Source of the DNA: Eledone cirrhosa
Taxonomy: Eukaryota
Assembly: GCA_964016885.1 (NCBI GenBank)
Contig: OZ024757.1
Coordinates: 22,568,001-22,632,000, forward strand
Direction of reading: 5' to 3'
Length of the DNA: 64,000 bases
Positions within the stretch are counted from its first letter, which is position 1. The number at the start of each line of letters is the position of its first letter. A model generated the notes under the pieces. That model was not told where the DNA came from and searched no databases. It saw only the letters and a list, made by a program, of their open reading frames with translations. Positions 1 through 13,034 of the stretch are shown one piece after another. The position numbers were made by a program, and so were the translations under genes.

Positions 1-241
1 AAGGCGGGTCTTCTGTATTACTGTGTAGCGCCAAAGATCTCGGTCCAGTGACATTGTCTTGGAGAGGTGTAAGTGTGTGAGGTCAGATTTTATCAGCTCG
101 TCCCAGGTTTTTCTGGGTCTGCCTACTCCGTGGCTACCGTCAATTTTTATCGCCCTGCACTTTTTTATACAGTCTTTCATGTGCATTACGTGACCGTACC
201 AACGTAGTCTTCTCTCGAGTAAACAACATCTGATCCCTCTT
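1..241 (-). mobile_element. RTE-clade LINE fragment, ORF C-terminus (degraded)
   Basis: Closely similar to part of 52974-53345, which encodes GIRCCLLERRLRWYGHVMRM...GRPRKTW...DRDLWR, a typical RTE C-terminal region. Confidence 0.8.
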
Positions 242-252
242 ATATATATATA

Positions 253-483
253 CGACAAAAAACACACAGTCCACGCTGTAATGTGGCCATGTAGGCAACA
301 CGGTAAAAACCTCCCAGTCCACACTGTAAATGTGGTTGGTGTTAGGAAGGGCATCCAGCTGTAGAAAACCTGCCAGACAGTCCTATGCGAGCAAGACAAC
401 CACGCTTGCCTCAAGTGGGAAAACCCCCGTCCAAACCCATGCAAGCGTGGAACACGGACGTTAAACGTTGATGATGATGATGA
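253..483 (+). mobile_element. RTE LINE 3' UTR fragment with (GAT)n tail
   Basis: GGTTGGTGTTAGGAAGGGCATCCAGCTGTAG...CCCATGCAAGCGTGGAACACGGACGTTAAACG(TGA)n; the same sequence directly follows the RTE ORF at 52477-52973. Confidence 0.8.
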
Positions 484-485
484 TT

Positions 486-670
486 AATTTAATATAGAAA
501 TGGCTTCTACAGGACTGGAACTGTTTCATTCAAAAAATATCATCATTGAATGAAACAGTTCTAGTCCTGTAGAAGCCATTTCTATATTAAATTTTTGTAT
601 ATACTCTACTAATGTATTGAATGCTTCACTTACTGTGGTTACTCCCGATTGAACACGGGAGTCACATACA
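486..670 (+). mobile_element. Penelope-like terminal repeat fragment with inverted duplication
   Basis: Inverted arms 486-533 and 546-593 containing GAATGAAACAGTTCTAGTCCTGTAG. Same family at 10997-11055, 24960-25612 and 54990-55112. Confidence 0.55.
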
Positions 671-753
671 TATATAAAAATATCTATCTTGGTATTTTTT
701 CTCAGAAGAAATCATCTTAGCAGAAATCATCAACACTTTTCTACATTCAATAT

Positions 754-1096
754 ATCATCATCATCATTTCATTTTACATCCGCTTTTCCCTACTTGCAAG
801 GGTGGGATGGGAACTGATTCTGGCTTGATTTCTACAGCTGGATGCCCTTCCTAACACCAACCTCATTTACAGTGAGTGCTGGGTGCTTTTTTTGCTGTGG
901 CACCTCCACGACCACTTTGCAGTGGAATGATAGGGACCCCAGTCCCTATCATCTCATTTCTACAGCTGAGTAAACTGGAGCAATGTGAAATAAAGTGTCT
1001 TGCTCAAGGAAACAACACATCACCCGGTCTGAGAATTGAATTCACAATCTTTCGATTGCAAGGCCAATGCTCTAACCACTAAGCCATGTGCCTCCA
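754..1096 (-). mobile_element. tRNA-derived CORE-type SINE with RTE-derived tail
   Basis: Reverse complement of the 11102-11450 copy: A/B-box head, CORE-like TCCTTGAGCAAGACACTT...CAGCTGTAGAAATGAG, and (GAT)n tail. Confidence 0.85.
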
Positions 1097-1107
1097 TATA
1101 TATATAT

Positions 1108-1297
1108 ATAATTGTTTCTACTTTTGGTACAAGGCCACCAATTATCCCAGTGCATTACTGGTACTTTATTTTATCGACCCCCGTAAGGATGAAAGGCAAA
1201 GTTAACCTCGGCGGGATTTGAACTCAGACCATAAAGGGACATAACTCTTTTTTGCTGCAAAGCATGGCATACGACCCTCTACTGATTCTGCCAATCC
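1108..1297 (-). mobile_element. tRNA-derived Meta-domain-type SINE
   Basis: B-box GAGTTCAAATCCC, central AACTTTGCCTTTCATCCTTACGGGGGTCGATAAAATAAAGTACCAG resembling the Meta/MESC domain, and an AT-rich tail. Confidence 0.8.
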
Positions 1298-1549
1298 ACT
1301 AAGGAGTTGAAGGACCCAGCATATTTATCAATGCCAGGACTGGTTGTATCTCAGGGTACTCAATAGGTAATGTAGGATACATTCGCAGAGTATACACAGA
1401 GTTATTCGCTTCAATACACCACACGTAAAACAGGTGCCTATAGTAGTTCCCGGACTCGAGTTTCGGCTGCACTTTGTGCAGCATTAAGGTGCACTGCACC
1501 ATCTGTCTGCATATATGATGCAACAATGCACAATCGGCTTATGTACATG

Positions 1550-1856
1550 TGGCTAGCACTCTTTTGGTTACGATGGCGAGTGTTCCAATTGACCTCATCA
1601 ATGGGACAGCTTGCTTGTGAAATTAACATGTAAGTGGCTGAGCATTCTACAAACAGGCATACCCTTTATGCAGTTATCTGGGAGATTCAGCATGACACTG
1701 AACGTGGCAAGGCTGACCCTTCGAATTACAGGTACAACTCATTTTTGCCAGTGAAATAAAATGTTTTGCTCAAGGACCCAACATGTCGCCAGGAATCGAA
1801 CCCACAACCTCATGATTGTGAGCCAAATACCTTAACCACAGAGCCACGTGCCCTCA
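1550..1856 (-). mobile_element. Older tRNA-derived CORE-type SINE (second family)
   Basis: Minus-strand head GGCACGTGGCTCTGTGGTTAAGG...GGGTTCGATTCC followed by GTCCTTGAGCAAAACA; the body differs from the first CORE family. Confidence 0.65.
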
Positions 1857-1910
1857 CACACACACATATATATGTGTGTGTGTGAGGGCATATATATATG
1901 TATATATATA

Positions 1911-2218
1911 TAACGAAGGAAATGGGGTAAGGAACCAGGTGGACCATAACGCACCAGAGTATTCAATACTTAGGGTAGGAGAGTGGGTAATAGGAACAAG
2001 TATGACCCTGACGGCTGAGCTCAAGCCGTTTCGACGGCTAATTCTGGACATTTTCTCCAATGCCACCCCACCCGTCCTTTCAATCTTTCTAATTTCTCAT
2101 TCTTTCTTATGATGAAGGACTAGCGTCCGAAACGTTAAGACCCTCTTCCTGATATTTCGAGCGTTAAACTAATATATTCCTTCCATATACCGATTGTGTT
2201 GTTATTTGTTTACCTTTT
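1911..2218 (+). mobile_element. Penelope-like terminal repeat fragment with hammerhead motif
   Basis: TCTT-aTGATGA-AGGAC-TAGC-GTCC-GAAACGTT-AAGA at about 2105-2140. Related copies at 35180-35295 and 54089-54305. Confidence 0.65.
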
Positions 2219-2257
<39 letters not shown>

Positions 2258-2427
2258 AAATTGAAGAAGTGAAGAATAACATGGTCAACAGTACAAAAAA
2301 GGGAATTTATTTACAGTCAAACAACGCCATACGCTAAAACTATCCATAATAAGAAGTATTCACAACCTCTAACTGGATTACCTATAACGATATTTTGTTA
2401 TCCCTTATATATATATATATATGTATA

Positions 2428-2885
2428 TCATCATCATCATCATCACTGTTTTACGTCCGTTCTTCCATGCTAGCATGGGTTAGACGGGTTGTCCTGTTGT
2501 GGGCAGTGTCTGGTCGGCTGACCATGCCTTGCTCATACAGGTACTGATTTTGGCTTGATTTCTACAGCTGGATGCCCTTCCTAACACCAACCTCATTTAC
2601 AGTGAGTGCTGGGTGCTTTTTTTCCGTGGCGCCTACACGTCCACTTTACAGTGTGGGCTGGGTGCTTTTTTGCCGTGGCACCTCCACGACCACTTTGCAG
2701 TGGGAGGGAGTGGGGGCATATTGTCTATATGCTTCAGCTTGTACCCATGGGAGGTCGGGTACTCTGTATTACTGCATGATACCAGAGATCACGGTCGTGT
2801 GTCATCGTCTTTGAGAGGTATAATTGGGTAAGGTCGGCTTTTATCACCTCATCCCAGGTCTTCTTGTGTCTCCCCACTCCGCGGA
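2428..2885 (-). mobile_element. RTE LINE 3' end (ORF end, 3' UTR, GAT tail)
   Basis: RGVGRHKKTWDEVIKADL...DRDLWYHAV, then a 3' UTR with GGAAGGGCATCC and a (GAT)n tail. Confidence 0.8.
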
Positions 2886-3729
2886 TATATATATATACAC
2901 AGTAATAAAGACATGACAACATCTATAGTGTTTGTGCCATAATAAAATGGTGGTACACCCAGGCATCAGAATGTCTTCTATGCTAGGAATTAGTGTATAT
3001 ATTTTGACAGTTTGGCTTGCAGCAATTTTTGTAGAAACTTGTTTGCTGTGATTCAATAAATAAATAAAAAGACAGTTTTTTTTGTTTCTAGTCTAGACTG
3101 TCTCAGTTGTTTACAATAGTAAACATATCTAGTTATACTTGCAGACGACATCTACCTGTGGTATGTCATACTATGTAACATCTATAGATTCTGGGTGTGT
3201 AGATTGGGTGCCAGGAGATTACAATTTAATATGTAAATTGAACACATTTGTTAGATGTTGATGAAACAAGATAATTTAATATGTATATATGATACCATTA
3301 TATATGTAGATAAAAACCACCAATATTCTAATTATTCTCTCTTTACAATCCCCCACCCAACATATGAGGGGTGCTGACTATGAAGGAGTGATGCGAGAGC
3401 TGTGAAATCTTACAGGCACTAATTTCAACTCTTCTTATTAATAACTGCATTGTTTCTTTCCAGAGACTATGTTGAAAAATAAACTTCGTTTGGTCATTCC
3501 ATGAGAGTATCTTGGTCAGCCTATGAACTTTTTAGCTGACTGTTGTATACCACACTCTTCTCTCTCTCGCTCAGAGAAAAAAAAAAAAAATGGTATTACA
3601 TGCTTCATCAATTATTTTGTTTCTCTCTTTCTGAATGGTGACTACTGATGGAGTTGTAGGCATGCCAGAGAGACATACAGTGTTTCGAGAGCATTTAAAA
3701 AAACCCTGGTGAAAACCATCTCCTGTCAA

Positions 3730-4380
3730 GGTCTGAACAGAGCAGATTTCTTCCAGAGAAGGATAGAGTGTGAGAGAAAGAGATATAGAAGAGGATTTGA
3801 CTCCAGTACATGACTGACACTTTTTTTATTAGCCTCAAAAGAATGAAAAGCCTAGTTGACCATGATGGAATTTAAACTCAGAGCTCCTTGAGCTCTAGCG
3901 AATACAACAAACCATTCTATCTGAAGTTCTAATTACTCTTTGTTTCTGACTTTTAACCCTTAATGGAATCGTAAGGGAGATGTAGTGACATGCACTGTTT
4001 CTTGGACATTTTTAAACCAGGCAAATCCCATCCCTCTCCAACTCTGAACACAGCAGATTTCATCCATAGAAGGAGAGACGGAGTGATAAAAAGGAAGCAG
4101 TAAAAAGATTGACATTTGTACATTATTCTATGTACTATACATGCACCTTTGATGAGTTGTAGTGCACCTGAGCACTGTACACAATAATTTCATTATTATT
4201 ATTATTATATAGAGGAAAAATTGACCGAAGTACTGGACTGGTACTTTTTTATCGACTTTGTTAAGAATGTAAAGCAAAATCAAGCTCAGCAGGATTTGAA
4301 CTCAGAGAGTACAACAATCCAGAATATAGACCACAACATATTCTACCCACCATTTTAACGACTCTGCCAATTTGCCACCT
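3730..4380 (-). mobile_element. Two degraded Meta-type SINE copies in an old local duplication
   Basis: TCTGAACA(G/C)AGCAGATTTC recurs at about 3732 and 4043, each followed by a diverged reverse-strand Meta-SINE remnant. Confidence 0.45.
4111..4208 (+). mobile_element. CR1-like LINE extreme 3' end with (ATT)n tail
   Basis: Reverse complement of 60532-60629, the tail of the CR1-like fragment. Confidence 0.75.
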
Positions 4381-4680
4381 GATCCTTAGATTACGATCTA
4401 CCAAATTAACAACTCTTTCTGTACTGAAACACTTTCAAACAATTTTTGCAATTTTCTAACTGCATAATTATTTCGTTTGAAGTGAAAATTTATTGAAATA
4501 ATTATAAAACATTATGCTGTATCAATAACACAGGAACAAATCTAATAGGATAAAAATATATATCTCATCAATTTCATACTGTTCAATAAAACCTATCAAA
4601 TAGACTCTTTACAACAACAAAACTTTTCTGAAAATATTTCATATACATACATATATGTATATATATATATATATGCGTGC

Positions 4681-4751
<71 letters not shown>

Positions 4752-4877
4752 TGTGTGTGTGTGTGTGTGCATGTGTGTGTGTGTACATATATATATATAT
4801 TTAAATTTTCCCCTTCAAACATTTATTTCATGTTAACTTTGAATAAACACTGAGAAAGCAAATAGCTAAGCAGCAGC

Positions 4878-4908
<31 letters not shown>

Positions 4909-5019
4909 ATGATGGGTGATGGTGGTGTTGGGGGTAGTGGTGTTGGTGGTGTTGGTGTTGTTTGTGGTGGTAATAAAGCAGTAGTAGTGGTGAGGGTGGC
5001 TGTGTTAGTGGTGCTTACA

Positions 5020-5630
5020 GGGTAGACTGTGAATTTTTTGTCATGTCACCAGCATGACCACCTTACTGGGTCGACTGAGGATTTTTTGTCATGTCACCAG
5101 CATGGCCACCTTACTGGGTCAACTGGGAATTTTTTGTCATGTCACCAGCATGACCACTATACAGGGTGGACTAGGAATTTTTGTTTTCATGAACATGACC
5201 ACCTTACAGGGTGGATTGGGAATTTTTTGTTGCCTCACCAGGATGACCACCATACAGGGTGGACTGGGTGCTTTTTGTTGTGTCACAAGCATACAGGGTG
5301 GACCGGGAGCTTTTTGTCGTCTCACCAGCATGACCACCATACAGGGTGGACTGGGTGCTTTTTGTCGTCTCACCAGCATGACCACCATACAGGGTGGACT
5401 GGGTGCTTTTTGTTGTGTCACCAGCATACAGGGTGGACCGGGAGCTTTTTGTCGTCTCACCAGCATGACCACCATACAGGGTGGACTGGGTGCTTTTTGT
5501 TGTGTCACCAGTACAAAAATCTTTCAGGGTCAATGGATGCTTTTTCTTCCTCTACCAAGCACAACCACATTACAACGTGAATTGGGGGGCTTTTTCTCTC
5601 GTGTCACCGAGACAACCACCATATAGTGTG
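5020..5630. repeat. Minisatellite (39-48 bp units) derived from the RTE/SINE tail repeat
   Basis: Unit CATGACCACCATACAGGGTGGACTGGGTGCTTTTTGTCGTCTCACCAG resembles CCACTTTACAGTGTGGGCTGGGTGCTTTTTGCCGTGGCACC at about 2640-2680. Confidence 0.75.
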
Positions 5631-5907
5631 GGCATATTTTTTTAATGTTAGATTCTTGTGAGAAGTTGGCACCGATACTGACATAGTAAAACATGCACTG
5701 ATAGATAGCACTGATCAATACCAATGTAAATATAGATCCAATGTTATGTGACTGATGATATAATGATACATACTACAAACTACAGAGCACATTTCTATAA
5801 GGAATGCACTCAGAACAAAGGTTAACAAACTGGTTCAATAAGATTAATGTAAAAACTGACAATTCAAGGACATGCTCTCTCTCTCTCTCTATATATATAT
5901 ATATCTA

Positions 5908-6850
<943 letters not shown>

Positions 6851-6884
6851 AATAAATGGAAACTATATTTATAAAACCATAATT

Positions 6885-6948
6885 ATTTTATTATATATAT
6901 TTCAAGGGCGACCAAGGTAAATTATGGTGCGCTTTCATCAGATAAAAT
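6885..6948 (-). ncRNA. Minimal type I hammerhead ribozyme motif (Penelope-like repeat)
   Basis: ATTTTAT-CTGATGA-AAGCGCACCA...TGGTCGCCCTT-GAAAT-ATAT-ATA-ATAAAAT: intact core and 7-bp stem I. Confidence 0.7.
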
Positions 6949-7353
6949 ACAGATTTGTTTTATAAATAAATATTGACATACTCGGAAAAAAAGACAACCT
7001 CAACCGTTTAGGTTGTCTTTTTCCCAGGTATGTCAATATTTATTTATAAAACAAATCTGTATATATATTTTACTCTTTTACCTGTTTCAGCCATCCAGCT
7101 GAGGCCATGCTGGGGCACCGCCCTTGACATATATATATATTCCCCTTGCATCTTCTCCACCATCACCCCACCCAAGTCCCCAATCTACACACGTTAGAGG
7201 GTTCAGTAGAGGGAAAAAAACCTCAACCGATCAAAAATAAAAATCCCAGACATTTTATCATAATTTTTCTTGAAGTAATCCAGGAATAGGAAAACAAAAG
7301 AGAAAATAACACAAATATATAAAATATGCTGCAGGTGAGAGAAATAAACTGTC

Positions 7354-7390
<37 letters not shown>

Positions 7391-7544
7391 AGCTGTTAGC
7401 CCTTCTTCTTTGTCCACTTATTTGTGAGGGGGTAGGGTCCCCAAACACTCCTTCCAGCAGGTGGTGTTAGAAGACCCTTTATTTAGTAAACCACCTGTGG
7501 ATTTATAATATAAAACTGTTTGTTTTAAAATGTTTATAGTTATC

Positions 7545-8210
7545 TAAATACCTTCCATCGTAATATTATGTATGAACCTTTGTTATGTTATGTTCCAAAC
7601 ACCAGTTTAGTGATATAGAAAGTTATTTGAAAATTATAGGTAGTGTCTTTCATAAGAAATATGACAGTGAAAGGGTTAAAGTATTTATATGTGTTTAGAA
7701 ACCTTCCCTCATAATTCTATGTATGAACCTTTAAGTTATGTTCCAAACATCAACTTACTAATTAGAAAGTTAATTAAATAACTAAGTCCCACCAAATTTT
7801 CCATTGTTTAAAAAAAATAATTTGAAAAATCGTAGACATTGTATTTTATTAGAAATATGGTAACAAAAGTGTTGAAGTGTCTATATGAATATTTAGAAAC
7901 CTTCTCTTATGTATGAACCTTTGTTATGTTATGTTCCAAACACCAACATAATAATGAGAAAATTAGTTATATTACTAAATCACTTCAAATTCTTCCGGAC
8001 TCCATGCTTTGACGCATAGAGTTACGGCCCTTTCCATTCTGAGTTTAAATCCCGCCAAGGTTAACTTTGCCTTTCATCCTTACGGGGTCGATAAAATAAA
8101 GTACCAGTAATGCACTGGGTAATTGCTGGCCTTGTGCCTAAAGTAAAAAACAATTATTTAAAAAAAATATTTGAAAATCAGAAATATAGTAATAAAAGTG
8201 AAAGGGTTTT
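7545..8210. repeat. Three diverged tandem copies of a 150-210 bp repeat; third copy interrupted by a SINE
   Basis: TATGTATGAACCTTT..GTTATGTTCCAAACA recurs at about 7567, 7718 and 7908. An inverted relative lies at about 35330-35410. Confidence 0.7.
7996..8158 (+). mobile_element. 5'-truncated Meta-type SINE
   Basis: Matches the 57017-57200 copy from CCATGCTTTGACGCATAG to the tail. Confidence 0.85.
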
Positions 8211-8433
8211 TCATGACTACGAATATAGGCACACCTTATAGGAGAAGGGTGGGGTCACTTGAAGGTACATTGATCTGGGAGAGGGGGTGGGGAGCCAATA
8301 AGGAGCCTGTAAATATCTGATGCCCCTCCCTCATAAATAAGGCCTCATAGACCCCTAGAACATATGAATTCTTGTTCTACCTTACATTTCTAGCAAAGGC
8401 AGAGAATTCAGGGCTGGGAAAATACATTCAAAA

Positions 8434-8624
8434 GTGTGTATGTGTGTATGTTATGTACGTGTGTGTGTGTCTGTCTGTCTGTCTGTATGTATGTGTATAT
8501 ATATATATGTGTGCCTATGTGTGTGTGTATGTGCGCATGTGTCAATATGTGTCTGTATGCACATATGTGTAAATGTGTGTGTGTGTACTGTGTGTAAATG
8601 TGTGTGTATGTGTATATATGTAAA

Positions 8625-8657
<33 letters not shown>

Positions 8658-8871
8658 GTAAATGTGTGTGTATGTATATATGTGTAAATATGTGTGTGTA
8701 TATATATATATATATATGTAAATGTGTGTGTATGTATATATGTGTAAATGTGTGTGCATGTATATATGTAAATGTGTGTATATATATATATGTAAATGTG
8801 TGTGTATGTACATATATGTTAATGTGTGTCTGTGTGTGTGTCTGTGTGTCTGTGTCTGTGTGTGTGTGTGT

Positions 8872-8915
<44 letters not shown>

Positions 8916-10340
8916 CTGGGTGTGTGTGCTCCTGTATCTATAGCTAAGCCTGTACGTGTGTGTGTCTGTGTATGTGCACTTGTATTTGTAGCTGAGACTG
9001 TGTCTGTGTGTCTGTGTGTGTGTGTGTGTGTGTATGTGTGGCTGAGTGTATGTGTGTGGCTGAGTGTCTATGTGTGTATGTGTGGCTGTGTGTGTGTGTG
9101 TGTGTGGCTGAGTGTATGTGTGTGTGTATGTGTTGTATGTGTGTGTGTATGAGTGTGGCTGAGTGTCTGTGTGTGGCTGAGTGTCTGTGTGTGGCTGAGT
9201 GTCTGTGTATGTGTGGCTGAGTATCTGGGTGTGTGTGGCTGAGTGTCTGTGTGCGTATGTGTGTGGCTGTGTGTCTGTATGACTGAGTGTCTGTGTGTGT
9301 ATGTGTGTGTATGAGTGTGGCTGAGTGTCTGTGTGTGGCTGAGTGTGTATGTGTGTGGCTGTGTATGTGTGGCTGAGTATCTGGGTGTGTGTGGCTGAGT
9401 ATCTGTGTGCGTATGTGTGTGGCTGTGTGTCTGTATGGCTGAGTGTCTGTGTGTGTATGTGTGTGTATGAGTGTGGCTGAGTGTCTGTGTGTGGCTGAGT
9501 GTCTGTGTGTGGCTGTGTATGTGTGGCTGAGTATCTGGGTGTGTGTGGCTGAGTATCTGTGTGCGTATGTGTGTGGCTGTGTGTCTGTATGACTGAGTGT
9601 CTGTGTGTGTATGTGTGTGTGTATGAGTGTGGCTGAGTGTCTGTGTGTGGCTGAGTGTGTATGTGTGTGGCTGAGTGTGTATGTGTGTGGCTGTGTATGT
9701 GTGGCTGAGTATCTGGGTGTGTGTGGCTGAGTATCTGTGTGCGTATGTGTGTGGCTGTGTGTCTGTATGGCTGAGTGTCTGTGTGTGTATGTGTGTGTAT
9801 GAGTGTGGCTGAGTGTCTGTGTGTGGCTGAGTGTCTGTGTGTGGCTGTGTATGTGTGGCTGAGTATCTGGGTGTGTGTGGCTGAGTATCTGTGTGCGTAT
9901 GTGTGTGGCTGTGTGTCTGTATGACTGAGTGTCTGTGTGTGTATGTGTGTGTGTATGAGTGTGGCTGAGTGTCTGTGTGTGGCTGAGTGTGTATGTGTGT
10001 GGCTGTGTATGTGTGGCTGAGTATCTGGGTGTGTGTGGCTGAGTATCTGTGTGCGTATGTGTGTGGCTGTGTGTCTGTATGGCTGAGTGTCTGTGTGTGT
10101 ATGAGTGTGGCTGAGTGTCTGTGTGTGGCTGAGTGTGTATGTGTGTGGCTGTGTATGTGTGGCTGAGTATCTGGGTGTGTGTGGCTGAGTGTCTGTGTGC
10201 GTATGTGTGTGGCTGTGTGTGTGTGTGTGTGGCTGAGTGTCTGTGTGTGGCTGTGTATCTATGGCTGTGTGTATGTGTGTATGTGTGTGGCTGTGTATGT
10301 GTAGCTGTGTGGCTGAGTGTGTATGTGTGTATGCTCCTGT
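8434..10340. repeat. GT/TA microsatellite-derived satellite with a 150-180 bp higher-order unit
   Basis: GTGTGGCTGAGT motifs; the block GAGTATCTGGGTGTGTGTGGCTGAG recurs at about 9219, 9375, 9529, 9707, 9861, 10019 and 10165. Confidence 0.9.
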
Positions 10341-10489
10341 ATCTATAGCTGTCACTGTGCAGGAAAGAGATATAGAAAGTGCAACAGGTTGTCAACACAT
10401 GAACTATGCAACTTAGCGCCTGATGCACAGAACTGATCACATCCTGCTTAAAAAAAAAACCGAAGAGTTTATACACATATATATGCACA

Positions 10490-10525
<36 letters not shown>

Positions 10526-10935
10526 CATATATACGTATATATGTATATACATATATATAGCAGAGTTGTACACAATAAAAAATGAAACACGTGGCTGAGC
10601 AAGAGTATCAACCTTTATATATATATATTTATTTAGATATGTATATATTTATATGTATATATATATGCATGTATGTATATATATATGTATGTGTATATAT
10701 ATATATGTATGTGTATATATATATATGTATGTGTATATATATATATGTATGTGTATATATATATATGTATGTGTATATATATGTATGTGTATATGTATAT
10801 ATATATGTATATATATATATATATGTATGTGTATATATATATATATATGTGTATATCTATATATATATATGTGTATATCTATATATATATGTGTATATAT
10901 ATTTATATATATGTATGTGTATATGTATATATATA

Positions 10936-10980
<45 letters not shown>

Positions 10981-11057
10981 TTATCTGTATGTATGTGATG
11001 ATTTCCTTCAAATGAAACAGTTCTAGCCCTGTAAAAGCCATTTCTCTATTAAATGTT

Positions 11058-11097
<40 letters not shown>

Positions 11098-11101
11098 TAC
11101 A

Positions 11102-11450
11102 TGGAGGCACATGGCTTAGTGGTTAGAACATTGGGCTTGCAATCGAAAGGTTGTGAGTTCAATTCTCAGACTGGGTGATGTGTTGTTTCCTTGAGCAAGA
11201 CACTTTATTTCACATTGCTCCAGTTTACTCAGCTGTAGAAATGAGATGATAGGGACTTGGGTCCCTATCATTCCACTGCAAAGTGGTCGTGGAGGTGCCA
11301 CGGCCAAAAAAGCACCCAGCACTCACTGTAAATGAGGTTGGTGATAGGAAGGGCATCCAGCTGTAGAAATCAAGCCAGAATCAGTTCCCGTCCCACCCTT
11401 GCAAGGAGGGAAAAAAACGGACGTAAAATGATGATGATGATGATGATGAT
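11102..11450 (+). mobile_element. Full-length CORE-type SINE
   Basis: A box TGGCTTAGTGG, B box GAGTTCAATTC, CORE-like segment, linker hairpin, RTE-type tail and (GAT)n. Confidence 0.88.
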
Positions 11451-11557
11451 ATATATATATACATTAGTTAAGCAAAACAAAACCACAAAATTCACAAGGA
11501 AGACGTTATTTAAATAATGTCAACATAGTTGCCGTTTAATGTAAGGAATTTGGAGTG

Positions 11558-11588
<31 letters not shown>

Positions 11589-11857
11589 GGTTGGTGTTAG
11601 GAAGGGCATCCAGCCATAGAAAACCCGCCAGACAGTCCACGCTGTAATGTGGCCGTGTAGGCAACACGGTAAAAACCTCCCAGCCCCACACTGTAAATGT
11701 GGTTGGTGTTAGGAAGGGCATCCAGCTGTAGAAAACCCGCCAGACAGTCCTATGCGAGCAAGACAATCACTCTTGCCTCAAGTGGGAAATACCCCCGTCC
11801 AAACCCATGCAAGCATGGAACACGGACGTTAAACGTTGATGATGATGATGATGATGA
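11589..11857 (+). mobile_element. RTE 3' UTR fragment
   Basis: Two GGAAGGGCATCC units and a (GAT)n tail, matching the reverse complement of 52477-52735. Confidence 0.8.
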
Positions 11858-11872
11858 TATATATATATATAT

Positions 11873-11940
<68 letters not shown>

Positions 11941-13034
11941 TATGATTTATTTCCTGTCCCTGCCATTTGTATATTTCAAGTTCAATTCCTGTCAGGAACT
12001 TCTTTGGTTTATTACAACTTGTGAAACAATGTAATAAGTACTAACTAACTAAAGTGTATTAATAAAATACTACACTAACACAATGCATATACAGACTGTG
12101 TGATATATATACACACATATATACAGGCTGTGATATATACACACACATATATACAGAGGCTGTGTATTTATATATACACACATATATATACAGGCTGTGA
12201 TATATACACACACACATATATATACAGGCTGTGATATATACACACACACATATATATACAGGCTGTGATATATACACATACATATATACACAGGCTGTGA
12301 TATATACACACACACACACACATATATATATACAGGCTCTGTTATACACACACACACATATATACAGACTGTGATATATAAACAGAAACATATATATACA
12401 GACGGTGATATACACATACACACACACATATATATATATATATACAGGCTGTGATATATACACACACACATATCCACACACATACACACACTGACACACA
12501 CAAACATAAACACACAGATATATATATATATATAAACACACTCACACACAAATGCTGACAGACAGAGACACACACACACAGACACACACACACAGACGCA
12601 CACACAGATACAGAGACATATAGACAGACACACGAACACACAGACACATACAAACACAGACACACACTCACACACGAACACACAGATACACAGACACACA
12701 TACAAACACAGACGCACACACACACACACACATTTACAGCCACACACACACAGACATACACACACATATACAGACAGAAACACACATATACAGACACAGA
12801 AGAGACAGCTACAGACATACACACATTTGCACACACAAATACACAGCCAGACTAACACAGAGATACAGACACAAGCACACATGCACACACAAATCCACAC
12901 ACATGTAATTCCACACACAGACACCTACATTTGTCACTTCTTTACCCCTGTTTATAAAGCATTCATCCATCACTCTTGTATCAAATATACAAATTATTAC
13001 ACTTTATATTTCGGCCCTAGTGGCCAAAATAATA

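Noticed and set aside
5029-5626. His/Cys-rich repeat ORFs
   Set aside because: Tandem repeat of a retroelement UTR module with unit lengths divisible by three; open on both strands.
10350-10460. Possible second exon after a minus-strand T-tract AAGCAG acceptor
   Set aside because: No convincing donor; the frame runs into satellite and the peptide is unrecognisable.
11102-11175. tRNA-like sequence with A and B boxes
   Set aside because: It is the head of a multi-copy SINE and continues into core and tail without a proper acceptor stem.
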